From an uncultured Polaribacter sp. (lineage in GTDB: Bacteria; Bacteroidota; Bacteroidia; Flavobacteriales; Flavobacteriaceae), in NCBI GenBank assembly GCA_943846585.1, contig OX044349.1:1028008-1092007 (forward strand): a stretch of 64,000 bases of DNA, written 5' to 3'. Below are positions 27,028-37,629 of the stretch, in pieces. Position 1 is the first letter of the stretch, and each line of letters opens with the position of its first letter. Below the pieces are notes generated by a model. The model saw only the letters and a program-made list of their open reading frames with translations, searched no databases and was not told the DNA's origin. A program made the position numbers and the translations under genes.

Positions 27028-27573
27028 ATGAAACATTTAAAAATAGTGATATTTTTTTTGTTTATTGTATTAGCTGCATGTTCAGAAAAGCTAGATTTTA
27101 ACCAAGCAGAAGATTTTAATCATAGCCCAGTCTTTAAAATATCACTTGTCTACTTTACTTTATTTCCGAATGATTTTATGGACCCAGTAACGGGTACTGA
27201 AATCGTAAACGGAATATCAGATATCTCAGATTTCCGTATTTTAGAGAATTCGTATCTTCGATATAATTTACAGAAAATTATTATTGACATTGAAGTTAAG
27301 AATGAAATAACTAGGGATTTTACTGCAGTTATAGAATTTTTAGATGACAATGGAACTATTATATACACACTAAGCACTTTAAATATTCCAGCTCAAAATT
27401 TAGCATTTACCTATCAAGAAATAATTGACGTTGGTTTAAATCCAATTATTCTTAACACCAGGAAAACAAGAACTTCGGTATTTATTTCTGGATCTTCAAC
27501 ACCACTTATTGAAAACGATCCAAGAGAGTTTGAATTGAAATCATCAGGAACCTATTTTATAGAAACCGAATAA
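27028..27573 (+). CDS. Hypothetical lipoprotein
   Basis: Lipobox LAAC at aa 15-18; beta-rich; 2 nt upstream of the DUF5723 gene. Confidence 0.75.
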   Translation: MKHLKIVIFFLFIVLAACSEKLDFNQAEDFNHSPVFKISLVYFTLFPNDFMDPVTGTEIVNGISDISDFRILENSYLRYNLQKIIIDIEVKNEITRDFTAVIEFLDDNGTIIYTLSTLNIPAQNLAFTYQEIIDVGLNPIILNTRKTRTSVFISGSSTPLIENDPREFELKSSGTYFIETE

Positions 27574-27575
27574 CT

Positions 27576-28949
27576 ATGAGGAGATTCTTTTTTCTGTTGA
27601 TACTCTTTGTGTCTTTAAATACATTGACCCAAAACAAACAAGTTTTATACGGTTTTGCAGAGAACCCTCAAACCCTCTTATTAAACCCAGGGGCAGAAAC
27701 AAATTATAAGTTTCATATAGGAATTCCTTTACTCTCAGGTTTGTCAGGTGATATTGCATTGAAAAACTTTAAACTAACCGATCTATTTTCCGAAGACGGC
27801 ATCGATTTTAATACAAAAATTTTTCACCTTTTAAATAAGTTGGATGCAGAAGACCACTTAAAATTGAACCTGCAAATGGATGTTTTAAATGTTGGCTTTA
27901 GAGTTGACGCTAAAACTTACATTAGCTTTGGCTTTTTCCAAGAATTAGATGTCATTGGCTACTGGCCCAAAGATGTAATTACTTTTCTAAATGAAGGGAA
28001 TGCTTATTATCTCAATAAGAGCTTTGATTTGTCACAACTCGTTTATAAAGCAGATTTTGTAGGTGCGTTGCATGTTGGGGTTTCAAGAAAAATAAATTCA
28101 AAACTTACGTTAGGAGGTAGGTTTAAAATATATTCTTCCACATTAAATCTCGAAACCCAGAATAATTCAGGAACCCTTTCGACACAACGCGGATCGAATA
28201 ATATATACACACATTATTTGAACACGATTGATTTGAATTTTTTGACTTCAGGTTTTGTAGAAGACGATGAATATCTTGAAAATCCGCTGGAACTCATTAC
28301 CAAATCTTTTTTAGGTGGTAGCTTGGGTATTGGACTCGATTTTGGAATGACCTATCACATTTCACCAAAATTAGAACTTACGGGAAGTATTATTGATTTT
28401 GGGTATATTAATTATTCAGAAAGAGTCCAGAACACTACTGTAAAGGGGGACTATACTTTTGAAGGTGTAAACTTTTTGTTTGACCCTTCCAATCCAACAA
28501 ATTATTGGGCAGTTTTAAACGCAGACTTTGAAGAGAAAGTGCCAAGAGGGAATAATACAAATTCATATACTTCTTGGAGACCAGCAAAAGTAAATGCTGC
28601 TTTAAAATACAGTTTTGGTGATGAAAGAAGAAGTAAGTATTGCTATGACAATACATTCAAAGAATTTTATACAGATGCTTTTGGTCTTCAAATTCATACC
28701 ATTATTAGGCCTTTAGGTCCACAATATGCCGTTACTGGTTTCTATGAGAGGACATTTATAGAAAAACTACACGCAAAAGTAACCTATACGTTAGACGATT
28801 ATTCTTTTCATAATGTAGGTGCTGGAATTTCTACACAAATAGGGAATGTTTCACTTTTTGGAATGGTAGATAACCTTTTCGCTCTCAATAATCTGGCAAA
28901 TTCTAGTAGTGTTTCCTTTCAAATGGGTCTCAACTTAATTTTTGATTAG
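27576..28949 (+). CDS. DUF5723-family outer-membrane beta-barrel protein
   Basis: Signal peptide, LLLNPG, HIGIPLLSG, GIGLDFG, terminal FQMGLNLIF beta-strand. Confidence 0.75.
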   Translation: MRRFFFLLILFVSLNTLTQNKQVLYGFAENPQTLLLNPGAETNYKFHIGIPLLSGLSGDIALKNFKLTDLFSEDGIDFNTKIFHLLNKLDAEDHLKLNLQMDVLNVGFRVDAKTYISFGFFQELDVIGYWPKDVITFLNEGNAYYLNKSFDLSQLVYKADFVGALHVGVSRKINSKLTLGGRFKIYSSTLNLETQNNSGTLSTQRGSNNIYTHYLNTIDLNFLTSGFVEDDEYLENPLELITKSFLGGSLGIGLDFGMTYHISPKLELTGSIIDFGYINYSERVQNTTVKGDYTFEGVNFLFDPSNPTNYWAVLNADFEEKVPRGNNTNSYTSWRPAKVNAALKYSFGDERRSKYCYDNTFKEFYTDAFGLQIHTIIRPLGPQYAVTGFYERTFIEKLHAKVTYTLDDYSFHNVGAGISTQIGNVSLFGMVDNLFALNNLANSSSVSFQMGLNLIFD

Positions 28950-28956
28950 TTCAAAA

Positions 28957-30228
28957 TTAATATCCATATTTAGCTTTCCACCTTTGTCTTAAAAGATCTC
29001 TAAATTGATTTTCGCGTGGATTATTTCCTGGGTCATATAGCTTTTTGCCTGAAATTTCTTGAGGTAAAAATTCCTGACTCACAAAGTTTTCTGGGTAATT
29101 ATGAGCATATGCATACTCTTTGCCATAGCCGATATCCTTCATCAACTTTGTAGGGGCATTTCGTAAGTGAAGCGGTACCGAAAGATCCCCTGTTTGTTTC
29201 ACTAAATTCTGAGCCTCATTAATCGCCATGTACGAAGCATTACTTTTTGCAGAATTCGCAAGGTACACTGCACATTGACTCAAAATAATACGAGATTCTG
29301 GATGTCCAACCACAGCCACTGCCTGAAAGGTGTTATTTGCCAATATAAATGCTGTTGGATTTGCATTCCCAATATCTTCTGAAGCCAATATAAGCATCCT
29401 TCTTGCAATAAACTTTACATTTTCACCACCTTCTATCATTCTTGCTAAATAATATACAGCAGCATTTGGATCACTCCCTCGTATCGATTTAATAAAAGCA
29501 GAAATAATATCATAGTGCTGTTCACCAGTTTTGTCATACCGAGCCGTATTCTTTTGCACCTTAGACAAGACCAATTCGTTTGTAATTTCAATACTTTCTT
29601 CAGCGCCAACAATCAGCTCAAAAATATTGAGTAATTTGCGAGCATCCCCTCCTGAAACTTGCAATAAAGCTGAGATTTCTGTGAGTTGAATGTCTTTTTT
29701 AGAGATCAATTCATCCTTTTTAATCGCTCTTTTTAACAAGTTGATGAGGTCGTCCTTGTCAAACGAATTCAAAATATATACTTGGCAACGAGAGAGTAGG
29801 GCAGGGATGACCTCAAAACTTGGGTTTTCTGTAGTCGCACCAATAAGCGTCACCCATCCTTTTTCTACGGCGCCTAATAAAGAGTCTTGTTGAGATTTAC
29901 TAAACCGATGAATCTCATCAATAAATAAAATGGGGTTTTTTGCAGTAAATAGTCCGCCACTTTTTTTGGCTTTCTCAATAACCTCTCGTACATCTTTTAC
30001 TCCAGAACTAATAGCACTCAGTGTATAAAAGGGTCTTTTTGATTCCGTAGCAATAATATTTGCGAGGGTGGTTTTCCCAATTCCAGGAGGTCCCCAAAGA
30101 ATTAATGAGGGAATGATACCTTGCTTGATGTGATTTGTTAAAATACCGTTTTCGCCAACCAAATGTTGCTGGCTAATATAATCTTCTAGATGTTTCGGAC
30201 GGATTCTTTCTGCCAAAGGTTCATTCAT
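28957..30228 (-). CDS. rarA: Replication-associated recombination protein A (MgsA/RarA AAA+ ATPase)
   Basis: [61 protein letters not shown]. Confidence 0.95.
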   Translation of the reverse strand: MNEPLAERIRPKHLEDYISQQHLVGENGILTNHIKQGIIPSLILWGPPGIGKTTLANIIATESKRPFYTLSAISSGVKDVREVIEKAKKSGGLFTAKNPILFIDEIHRFSKSQQDSLLGAVEKGWVTLIGATTENPSFEVIPALLSRCQVYILNSFDKDDLINLLKRAIKKDELISKKDIQLTEISALLQVSGGDARKLLNIFELIVGAEESIEITNELVLSKVQKNTARYDKTGEQHYDIISAFIKSIRGSDPNAAVYYLARMIEGGENVKFIARRMLILASEDIGNANPTAFILANNTFQAVAVVGHPESRIILSQCAVYLANSAKSNASYMAINEAQNLVKQTGDLSVPLHLRNAPTKLMKDIGYGKEYAYAHNYPENFVSQEFLPQEISGKKLYDPGNNPRENQFRDLLRQRWKAKYGY

Positions 30229-30304
30229 AAGGTAAAAATAGCAAAGTTTTCTGACAGAATCTGCAAGAATCTATTTTGGTTCATTTTTTGTTACTTTTAG
30301 GCTA

Positions 30305-31009
30305 ATGAATAACAACAATCAACTTTACTTTTCAAAATCCATGCTTATAATACCAATCTTGTATATTTTGGTTATCTGGATGCTCTACTTTATTGAAATT
30401 AAGTTTGGATATAATTTTAATAAGTACGGTGTGTATCCTAGAGAATTTAAGGGGCTTAGAGGTGTTTTCTTTAGTCATTTCATCCATAGCAACACAAAAC
30501 ATCTATTTAATAATTCGATCCCTTTATTTGTGCTCCTTTTAAGTGTTTTTATGTTTTATAAAGAAGTTGCGCTAAAAGTGTTAGTTTATGGTGCGCTCCT
30601 AACAGGTTTTCTTACCTGGATTATTGCAAGAGAATCCTATCATATTGGTGCAAGTGGTGTTGTGTACCTTTTATTTAGTTTTGTCTTCTTCAGTGGTATT
30701 CTTAAAAAGCATTTTAGATTGGTTGCTCTATCACTAATTGTTATTTTCTTATATGGAAGTATGATTTGGTATGTTTTACCTATTAAAGATGGCATGTCCT
30801 GGGAAGGTCATTTGTCTGGTTTTGTAATTGGTCTTGTATTAGCCTTTCTATATAAGAATAAAGGCATCAAAAAAACAGAACCTTATTTCGAAGAAACAGC
30901 ATTCGATTTATTATTTGATGAAAATGGTAATTATGCACCTCCTAATAGTGCAGAGGATCTTAATGTCGATGTAAAATCCCAATTACTAACAAAGAGGTGT
31001 GAATCCTAG
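30305..31009 (+). CDS. Rhomboid-family intramembrane serine protease
   Basis: HFIHSNTKHLFNN, IGASG (catalytic Ser), SWEGHLSG (catalytic His). Confidence 0.92.
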   Translation: MNNNNQLYFSKSMLIIPILYILVIWMLYFIEIKFGYNFNKYGVYPREFKGLRGVFFSHFIHSNTKHLFNNSIPLFVLLLSVFMFYKEVALKVLVYGALLTGFLTWIIARESYHIGASGVVYLLFSFVFFSGILKKHFRLVALSLIVIFLYGSMIWYVLPIKDGMSWEGHLSGFVIGLVLAFLYKNKGIKKTEPYFEETAFDLLFDENGNYAPPNSAEDLNVDVKSQLLTKRCES

Positions 31010-31010
31010 T

Positions 31011-31775
31011 TTATGAATTGTCATTTACAGTTCTTTGTCGGATGGTTTCATAAAGAAAAGCACCACAAGCAACAGATACATTCAAAGATTCAATCTCTCC
31101 CAATAAAGGCAATTTCGCTTTAAAATCGACCATTTTTAAGATGGAAGGATTTACACCACGATGCTCAGATCCCATAATGATTGCGATGGGTTGGTTGAGT
31201 GCCACTTCGTAAATAGATATTTCTGTTTTTTCGGTTGCTGCCACTGTTTTTATGTCAGAAGCTTGTAGCATATAGATTGCATCTTTAATATGGTCTACTT
31301 TACAAATCGGAATTTTAAAAGCTGCACCAGCAGAAGTTTTTATGGTTTCTGCATTTACTGGAGCACTTCCGTTTTTTTGAACAATAACAGCGTCTACACC
31401 TGTACATTCTGCAGTTCTTAAAATAGCTCCAAAATTACGCACATCAGATAGTTGATCTAATAATAAGAAAATAGGTGCCTTCTTATCCTCAAGTACTTTT
31501 TCTATTAAGGGTTCTAAATCGTGAAATGCTACTGGAGAAATCTGTGCAACTGCTCCTTGGTGATTACTGTATTTTGAAAGTCGGTCTAATTTTTCTACAG
31601 GTACCACGCTGGTGGTAATTCCTTTTTCTTTGATCAAAAGATTCAACTCAAAAAATAAGCTCCCTCTTAATCCTTTTTGAAGGTAAATCTTGTTCATCGT
31701 AGAACCACTATTTATGGCTTCAATAATAGCTCTAATTCCAAATATATTTGTTGATGCTGTTGTTTCTGTTGTCAT
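31011..31775 (-). CDS. rlmB: 23S rRNA (G2251-2'-O)-methyltransferase
   Basis: IFGIRAIIEA, NHQGAVA, DVRNFGAILRTAE, IMGSEHRG, SLNVSVA. ATG at 31775 preferred over 31814. Confidence 0.92.
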   Translation of the reverse strand: MTTETTASTNIFGIRAIIEAINSGSTMNKIYLQKGLRGSLFFELNLLIKEKGITTSVVPVEKLDRLSKYSNHQGAVAQISPVAFHDLEPLIEKVLEDKKAPIFLLLDQLSDVRNFGAILRTAECTGVDAVIVQKNGSAPVNAETIKTSAGAAFKIPICKVDHIKDAIYMLQASDIKTVAATEKTEISIYEVALNQPIAIIMGSEHRGVNPSILKMVDFKAKLPLLGEIESLNVSVACGAFLYETIRQRTVNDNS

Positions 31776-31802
31776 GTTGCAAAGGTATGTTAAATTAAGC
31801 GC

Positions 31803-31836
31803 AAAAAAAACCATCTCTTGTAAGAGATGGTTTTTT
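31803..31836 (-). terminator. Intrinsic terminator of the susC-susD-lipoprotein operon
   Basis: A8-CCATCTCT(TGTA)AGAGATGG-T6 hairpin. Confidence 0.8.
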
Positions 31837-31854
31837 AAAATATGTTTTTATTCT

Positions 31855-32595
31855 TTAGATACTAAAGTTTACAGCTGTACTACCTCCGTAGGAAGATGCA
31901 CTTACATTTGCTACTTGAACACCGTCAGCAGTTACTACATAAGATGTACCACCGTCACCGTATCCATCATAGATTTGTAATTGGTAATCTCCTGAAGCAA
32001 CACATTCTTGGATGGTAACACCACCTGTCATTCCAGCATAAGCACCGTATCCTGGTGTTGCTTGACTTGCCAATACAATTACTCCTGCATTCACATCAAC
32101 CAATCTCCAGTATACTTCTTCTGGCCAGCTATCAAAACCTAAGACCATCTTTACTTTAATTCCATTGTTTGGACATCTTAGTCCCACATTAATAGTTAAG
32201 TCTTCACCTGTATAAATTTCAGGTGCGTTCGTTAAAGAAACTACTAAAGTTTGAGACGCAAATGGTGACATATTTACATCCGTTAAGTCGATGTTTAAAA
32301 TTGCTACATTAGATCCGGCTGCAAAAGTTACAGTTGTTGGTACAACATAGGCTGCTGCATCAACATCCGTTGAAGCTCCAACAACAGCAATTCCTACTGT
32401 TCTTTCTTGATCAGAAGTGTTTGCTGCATACACTTTAACTTCCTGGCTTACAGATCCACCTTGGTCAAAAGTAATATCCATACTAGAAGTCTCAAACGTA
32501 ATGTATGGAGTGTCTTGTGGGTCTACTTCGTCGGTACAACTGTTTAATGTAAAAACAGCTATACACATGTATAAAAGTATTCTTAATTTGTTCAT
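31855..32595 (-). CDS. SusE-like surface lipoprotein of the SusCD locus, unknown function
   Basis: Lipobox LNSC followed by acidic TDEVD; Ig/Calx-like N-domain; C-domain with FDSWPEEVYW and YDGYGDG. Confidence 0.7.
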   Translation of the reverse strand: MNKLRILLYMCIAVFTLNSCTDEVDPQDTPYITFETSSMDITFDQGGSVSQEVKVYAANTSDQERTVGIAVVGASTDVDAAAYVVPTTVTFAAGSNVAILNIDLTDVNMSPFASQTLVVSLTNAPEIYTGEDLTINVGLRCPNNGIKVKMVLGFDSWPEEVYWRLVDVNAGVIVLASQATPGYGAYAGMTGGVTIQECVASGDYQLQIYDGYGDGGTSYVVTADGVQVANVSASSYGGSTAVNFSI

Positions 32596-32613
32596 TTTTA
32601 TGAGTTTTAATAA

Positions 32614-32645
32614 TTAGCGATCCCTTTGTAAAAAGCGATCGCTAA
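32614..32645 (-). other. Intergenic stem-loop between susD and the downstream lipoprotein
   Basis: TTAGCGATC (32614-32622) / GATCGCTAA (32637-32645) 9-bp inverted repeat without a long U-tract. Confidence 0.6.
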
Positions 32646-32651
32646 AGGTTA

Positions 32652-34142
32652 TTATTGGTTTTGTGTGCTAATGAAAGGGTTGAATTGAATTTCTCCTTCT
32701 GGAATTTCAAAAGTCATTCTTTCATCGTTATAAGGAATCGCTTCACCTACAAATGAAAGGTGATTTGCACCTCTTGTAGTTGTAGCTTGATTACGCTTCA
32801 TTGCTAAGTAACTTTTACCTTCACCCCATAATTCAATACGAGTCTGTAAGTAAATTTCATCCTTCAATGCTTGTCCAGATAATCCATCAATGTAAGATGC
32901 GTCAGGAACTCTTGTACTTACTAAGTTTTTCAGGTGCACTCTTGATGCTCCGTCATTTCCAGCAAATGCAGCCATTTCAGCAGCCAATAAGTGCATTTCT
33001 GCAACTCTCATGTATACATAATCAGCTTTTACAATAGAAGAAGTACCCGTGTGTACTCTATCTGAATCATAAAACTTAAATAAAGGCATTAAGTGTTGTG
33101 CAAAAGAAGTATTGTTTAAGAACTGTCCTTTTCTAATATCATTAGCAGGAATTTGTGCGAATAAAGAAGCGTCAATCGCTTTTAAATCTCCATAAGCTGG
33201 ATAACTATAGCTATAGTAATCCATTTGTCCCCACCAAGAGACTAAACCTAAACCAATATCTTGATTTAAATCAACACCCCACATCCATCCTGGAGTATTA
33301 ACATTGTTAAATCCACCAGTAACTTCAGCACCAACCATTACTGGGTAACTACTGATAGCCTGAACAGCCATGTTGTATGCTTTTGTATAATCCGTACCTC
33401 TAGCACCTAATACATAAGCATATAATGCTTTTGCTACATCTTGATTGATTTCCGTTTTGTTATTTCTAGAAAAACCTTCTAATAAAGATACCGCATCAGT
33501 TAAATCAGATTCCATTAGGTCATAGATTTCACTTGCAGGTACTTTAGGACCATTTTGATCCGCTGCAGATCTATAGATAGGTAATATTGGCTCACTAGCA
33601 TTATATTCTTTCTGGTAGAAATTTGCTAAGTAAAAATAAGAATGCGCTCTTAAAGCTTTCGCTTGACCCATTGTATATTTGTTTGCCTGGCTTTCTGGAA
33701 CTGCATCCATTCCACCTAACCCATCAATCACAGAGTTACAACCTCTAATGATTCTGTAATAATATCTCCAAACTTGTCTGTTATCACCAAAAGTAAAATC
33801 TTGAGGTGCACCAAATTCAGTAATAGATGCTCTGTACCATCCGTATACACTTTGACTTAAAGCGACATCTCCTGATAACATATCAGAAAATACATCATAT
33901 GATTTCATTCCAAAATCATCATGTCCACCTGTACCGCCTGTACCAGTTGTAAATGTCAATGCATATACACCTGACATTAAACCAGTAGGTAACGAAGGAT
34001 CTAAAGCAGCTGCTTCTTCAAACTGCACAGAAGTTAATGTCCCTGTGTTGGTTAATACTGGATCTGCTAAGAAATCCGGCTCACAGCTTAAGCTTAATAA
34101 AGCTACTGCTGATAATAATCCGTAATTAAATAATTTATTCAT
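32652..34142 (-). CDS. susD: SusD/RagB-family nutrient-binding lipoprotein
   Basis: Lipobox LSLSC; WRYYYRIIRGCN, GQAKALRAHSYFYL, YMRVAEMHL, RIELWGEG. Confidence 0.93.
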   Translation of the reverse strand: MNKLFNYGLLSAVALLSLSCEPDFLADPVLTNTGTLTSVQFEEAAALDPSLPTGLMSGVYALTFTTGTGGTGGHDDFGMKSYDVFSDMLSGDVALSQSVYGWYRASITEFGAPQDFTFGDNRQVWRYYYRIIRGCNSVIDGLGGMDAVPESQANKYTMGQAKALRAHSYFYLANFYQKEYNASEPILPIYRSAADQNGPKVPASEIYDLMESDLTDAVSLLEGFSRNNKTEINQDVAKALYAYVLGARGTDYTKAYNMAVQAISSYPVMVGAEVTGGFNNVNTPGWMWGVDLNQDIGLGLVSWWGQMDYYSYSYPAYGDLKAIDASLFAQIPANDIRKGQFLNNTSFAQHLMPLFKFYDSDRVHTGTSSIVKADYVYMRVAEMHLLAAEMAAFAGNDGASRVHLKNLVSTRVPDASYIDGLSGQALKDEIYLQTRIELWGEGKSYLAMKRNQATTTRGANHLSFVGEAIPYNDERMTFEIPEGEIQFNPFISTQNQ

Positions 34143-34161
34143 TTTCTTGTTTTTTTTTAAA

Positions 34162-37100
34162 TTAAAATTTTAATCTAACACCTAAAGTTATTGTAGTCAT
34201 TGGTGCGTATAATCTACGTCCTGAACTTCCACTTTCACTTGTAGTTGGTAAGAATCCTCTTCTAGCAGTATTCATAAACAAGTTATCAGCAGACATCCAT
34301 AAGTTGAATGTATCTAATCCTTTACCTTCTAAATATTTGCTAGGAACATTATAACTTACATTCACATTGTTTAATGCTAAATGGTCAGTTGATGTAATGA
34401 ATCTTGAAGAGTAAGATGTTGCATTTTGATCTGCACCATCCGCTAAACGAGGAACATCTGTAATTTGACCAGGTGTTGTCCATCTGTTAGCAATATCTCT
34501 ACTGAAGTTGTTTCCAACTGCACCAAAACGATCTGACATTAATTCACCATATTGTCCATCATATGCATATCCTCCTAAACTATAAGTAAACTGAGTAGAA
34601 AAAGTAAAGTCTTTTACTCTACCTGTTAATCTGAAAGCTCCTCTAATATCAGCGATACCAGATTTGTTTAAATATACTTCTGATGCTTCAGAATAAGATT
34701 TAGTAACTCTTTTCTTAATATTTGCTCCAGGAACAACTTGTTGATATTCAACAATAGAACCAGATGCATTTGTTACGTCAGCATCTGCAGGAATCCAAGA
34801 GTTGGCACCTGAAGTTGGTTCGTCAGCGTCAAAAACACCGTTGTTGTTAACATCATCGTAATACTGGTACCACATTGGTGCTCCATCAGATGGATCTACA
34901 CCAGCCCATTCACGTGCATAGAAATCAAAGATAGATCTACCTACAGATAACACACCGTTAAGAACTTGTTGGTTTCCTGTAGCAGGATCCAATGGCATTT
35001 CAGTAATTCTATTTTCAATGATTTCACCATTCACATTCAAGTCTAATGAGAAATCTTTCTTGTTGATTAAGTGACCTGTTAAGTCAAATTCATAACCTAC
35101 GTTTTCAAGTTCACCATCATTCACTAAAATAGAAGAGATTCCTTGAGAAGGTCCTACATTTCTATTAAAGAATTGATTTTTTGTTTTCTTGCTGTAGTAA
35201 TCTATAGATCCTTCAACAACACCTAAATCAAATTCAACACCTGTTTGTAACATTTCAGACTCTTCCCAAGTAAGATCTGGATTTCCATTACCACCTGGTG
35301 CAATTGAAATGTTTCCAGCTAAGTTACCAACATTAAATGTATCATAACCTGATGTTAATCCAACACCTGCTTGATCACCCGCTACACCCCATGAAGTTTT
35401 AACTTTTAAAAACTCTATAAAGTCGATGTTCTGGATGAAGCTTTCTTCAGACATTACCCATGAAGCTCCAACAGAACCAAATGTTCCCCACTTTTCGTTC
35501 GCAAATCTTGAAGAACCATCATGTCTTAAAGAACCTGTTAAGTAGTACTTTCCATCATAGTTATAATCAAACTTACTGAAATAAGACTCAATCGTATATC
35601 CTCCTGAGTATCCAGATGCTTGACCTAAACTTTCTTGGAAGTTATCTAAATCTAATAAGAATGCACTTACTTGTAATGCTTTACCAGCAGAACCACCAGC
35701 ATCCGTAGAAGCTTGGCTTTCGTGAGCAGCTAATACATCTAAAGAATGCGCTCCCCATGTATTGCTATATCGGATTATTTGTTGAATGTTTTCACTTAAA
35801 CGTGAGAAATCAGTTACATAAATACTTCCCTGTGTTGTTTGTCCAGTTCCATAAAATTTGTTAGTATAATCTCTATTCTTTTGGTTTAAGTATTGAACAC
35901 CATAGCTAATCTCAGCAGTTACATTTTTAATCAAATCAATGTTCGCTCTAAAGTTTCCATTAAATTCGTGACGATCCGTTCCGTTAAAATCATATTTAGC
36001 AGATCCGATAGGGTTCAATCCATTTGCATTTGGTCTGTCTCTAAATCCTGATGTAGAACCATAATCGTATTGGTATCCACCATAAAAAGTGTCTGGTACT
36101 AATTCACCGTTGTCATCTCTTAAGAATACAGGGAAAATTGGTGCCATTTTATCAGCAAATTCTGTAATGTTTTCAGAACCGGCGGTTTGACCGTTTGCTA
36201 TAGACTCAGAGTATGCATAGTTGATGTTTGAATTCAACTTTAACCAAGGCTTCACTTTGGTATTCAAGTTCAAACGAGTAGTATATCTCTTATATCCAGT
36301 GTTAATAGAATATCCATTATCCTCTAAATATCCAAAAGATGCGAAGTATCTTGTGTCTCCAGCTCCTCCACTCATTCTTAAGTTTGCTTCAGTTCTGATC
36401 GCAGCGTTAAATGATAAGTCAGCGAATCTCTGAGGAGTATACTTTCTTGTAATTCCTGGTCTAACCATTCCTGTAGCAGGATCAATTAATTCAGAACCAT
36501 TTGATACATTCCACATGTTGTAACCTGTAGCTACGTAGTTGTTTGTGAATAAGTTTGCATTTGCAAAACCAATTGGATCAGGTCTCCCGTCAACAACAGC
36601 TTTATTTTTAATTCCTTCCCAAACATATCCGATATATTCTTCTGGACTTGTTACAACATTGTATCTTGGAATCAATTGATCATTGATACTTGTCTTTACA
36701 TCAACTTCAATATATGACTTTGAAGTAGAACCAGTCTTCGTAGTAATTACTACTACTCCGTTCGCACCTCTAGAACCATAAATTGCAGTTGCAGTTGCAT
36801 CTTTCAAAATAGTTGTACTAGCAATATCCGAAGGGTTAATAGAGTTGATGCTTCCTGTGTAAGGAACACCATCTACTACATATAGTGGACTTCTGTTACC
36901 GTTTACAGAACCATACCCTCTAATTCTAATTGTTCCAACAGAACCTGGCTGACCAGAACTGTTAATTACAGTAACACCCGCTACCTCACCAATAAGAGCA
37001 CCTGTTACGTTAGAAAAAGATTTTGCTTCTAGATTTTCTTGACTCACAGTAGATGCTGTACCAGCAAATGCTTTTTTCGTGGTTGTACCGTATCCAATAA

Positions 37101-37419
37101 CGATAACTTCTTCTAGAACATTGTCTTCATCAACAGACAACGTTACGTTTATAGTGTTCGAGGCACCGACTGTTTTTTCTACAGCACTATACCCTAAATA
37201 TCTAAAGACTAAAACGGCACCGTTATTAACTTTGATAGAATATTTTCCATCAAAATCAGTTTCTGTTCCTTTATTTGTTCCTTTGATAACAACACTAACT
37301 CCTGGTAATGTTCCCGAACTTTCGGAAACAGTTCCTGAAATAGTTTTTTCTTGTGCAAAGGTAATTTGCACTACAAACGCCAGTAATAGCGTTAAAATTC
37401 CATTAAACTTTGTCTTCAT
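34162..37419 (-). CDS. susC: SusC/RagA-family TonB-dependent transporter
   Basis: Start MKTKFNGILTLL at 37419 (track's 37530 start is an upstream extension); ETDFDGKYSI, LEEVIV, GQPG, IRIRG, INPSDIASTTILKDATATAIYGSRGANGVVVITTK signature; ends GVRLKF. Confidence 0.96.
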   Translation of the reverse strand: MKTKFNGILTLLLAFVVQITFAQEKTISGTVSESSGTLPGVSVVIKGTNKGTETDFDGKYSIKVNNGAVLVFRYLGYSAVEKTVGASNTINVTLSVDEDNVLEEVIVIGYGTTTKKAFAGTASTVSQENLEAKSFSNVTGALIGEVAGVTVINSSGQPGSVGTIRIRGYGSVNGNRSPLYVVDGVPYTGSINSINPSDIASTTILKDATATAIYGSRGANGVVVITTKTGSTSKSYIEVDVKTSINDQLIPRYNVVTSPEEYIGYVWEGIKNKAVVDGRPDPIGFANANLFTNNYVATGYNMWNVSNGSELIDPATGMVRPGITRKYTPQRFADLSFNAAIRTEANLRMSGGAGDTRYFASFGYLEDNGYSINTGYKRYTTRLNLNTKVKPWLKLNSNINYAYSESIANGQTAGSENITEFADKMAPIFPVFLRDDNGELVPDTFYGGYQYDYGSTSGFRDRPNANGLNPIGSAKYDFNGTDRHEFNGNFRANIDLIKNVTAEISYGVQYLNQKNRDYTNKFYGTGQTTQGSIYVTDFSRLSENIQQIIRYSNTWGAHSLDVLAAHESQASTDAGGSAGKALQVSAFLLDLDNFQESLGQASGYSGGYTIESYFSKFDYNYDGKYYLTGSLRHDGSSRFANEKWGTFGSVGASWVMSEESFIQNIDFIEFLKVKTSWGVAGDQAGVGLTSGYDTFNVGNLAGNISIAPGGNGNPDLTWEESEMLQTGVEFDLGVVEGSIDYYSKKTKNQFFNRNVGPSQGISSILVNDGELENVGYEFDLTGHLINKKDFSLDLNVNGEIIENRITEMPLDPATGNQQVLNGVLSVGRSIFDFYAREWAGVDPSDGAPMWYQYYDDVNNNGVFDADEPTSGANSWIPADADVTNASGSIVEYQQVVPGANIKKRVTKSYSEASEVYLNKSGIADIRGAFRLTGRVKDFTFSTQFTYSLGGYAYDGQYGELMSDRFGAVGNNFSRDIANRWTTPGQITDVPRLADGADQNATSYSSRFITSTDHLALNNVNVSYNVPSKYLEGKGLDTFNLWMSADNLFMNTARRGFLPTTSESGSSGRRLYAPMTTITLGVRLKF

Positions 37420-37629
37420 TTTATAATTGTTTGAATTATTTAACCCCAAAAGTCTTAAAATTATCTTAAAAAAACAATTATTTAACACTAATTCGTTAAA
37501 AATAAATCTAAAATGGATTAATATTAACATAAAAAATTTGTAATTCCCTGTTAGTCTTTTGTTTATTAGTATTTATTAATTTATAGTTTTTAAAAAAAAT
37601 AACATTTAAACTTTAGAAGTGTTGGTTGT

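Noticed and set aside
37420-37530. 38-codon N-terminal extension of SusC in the ORF track
   Set aside because: The signal peptide begins at MKTKF (37419) with an A-rich start context, and the fossil paralogue starts at the equivalent Met.
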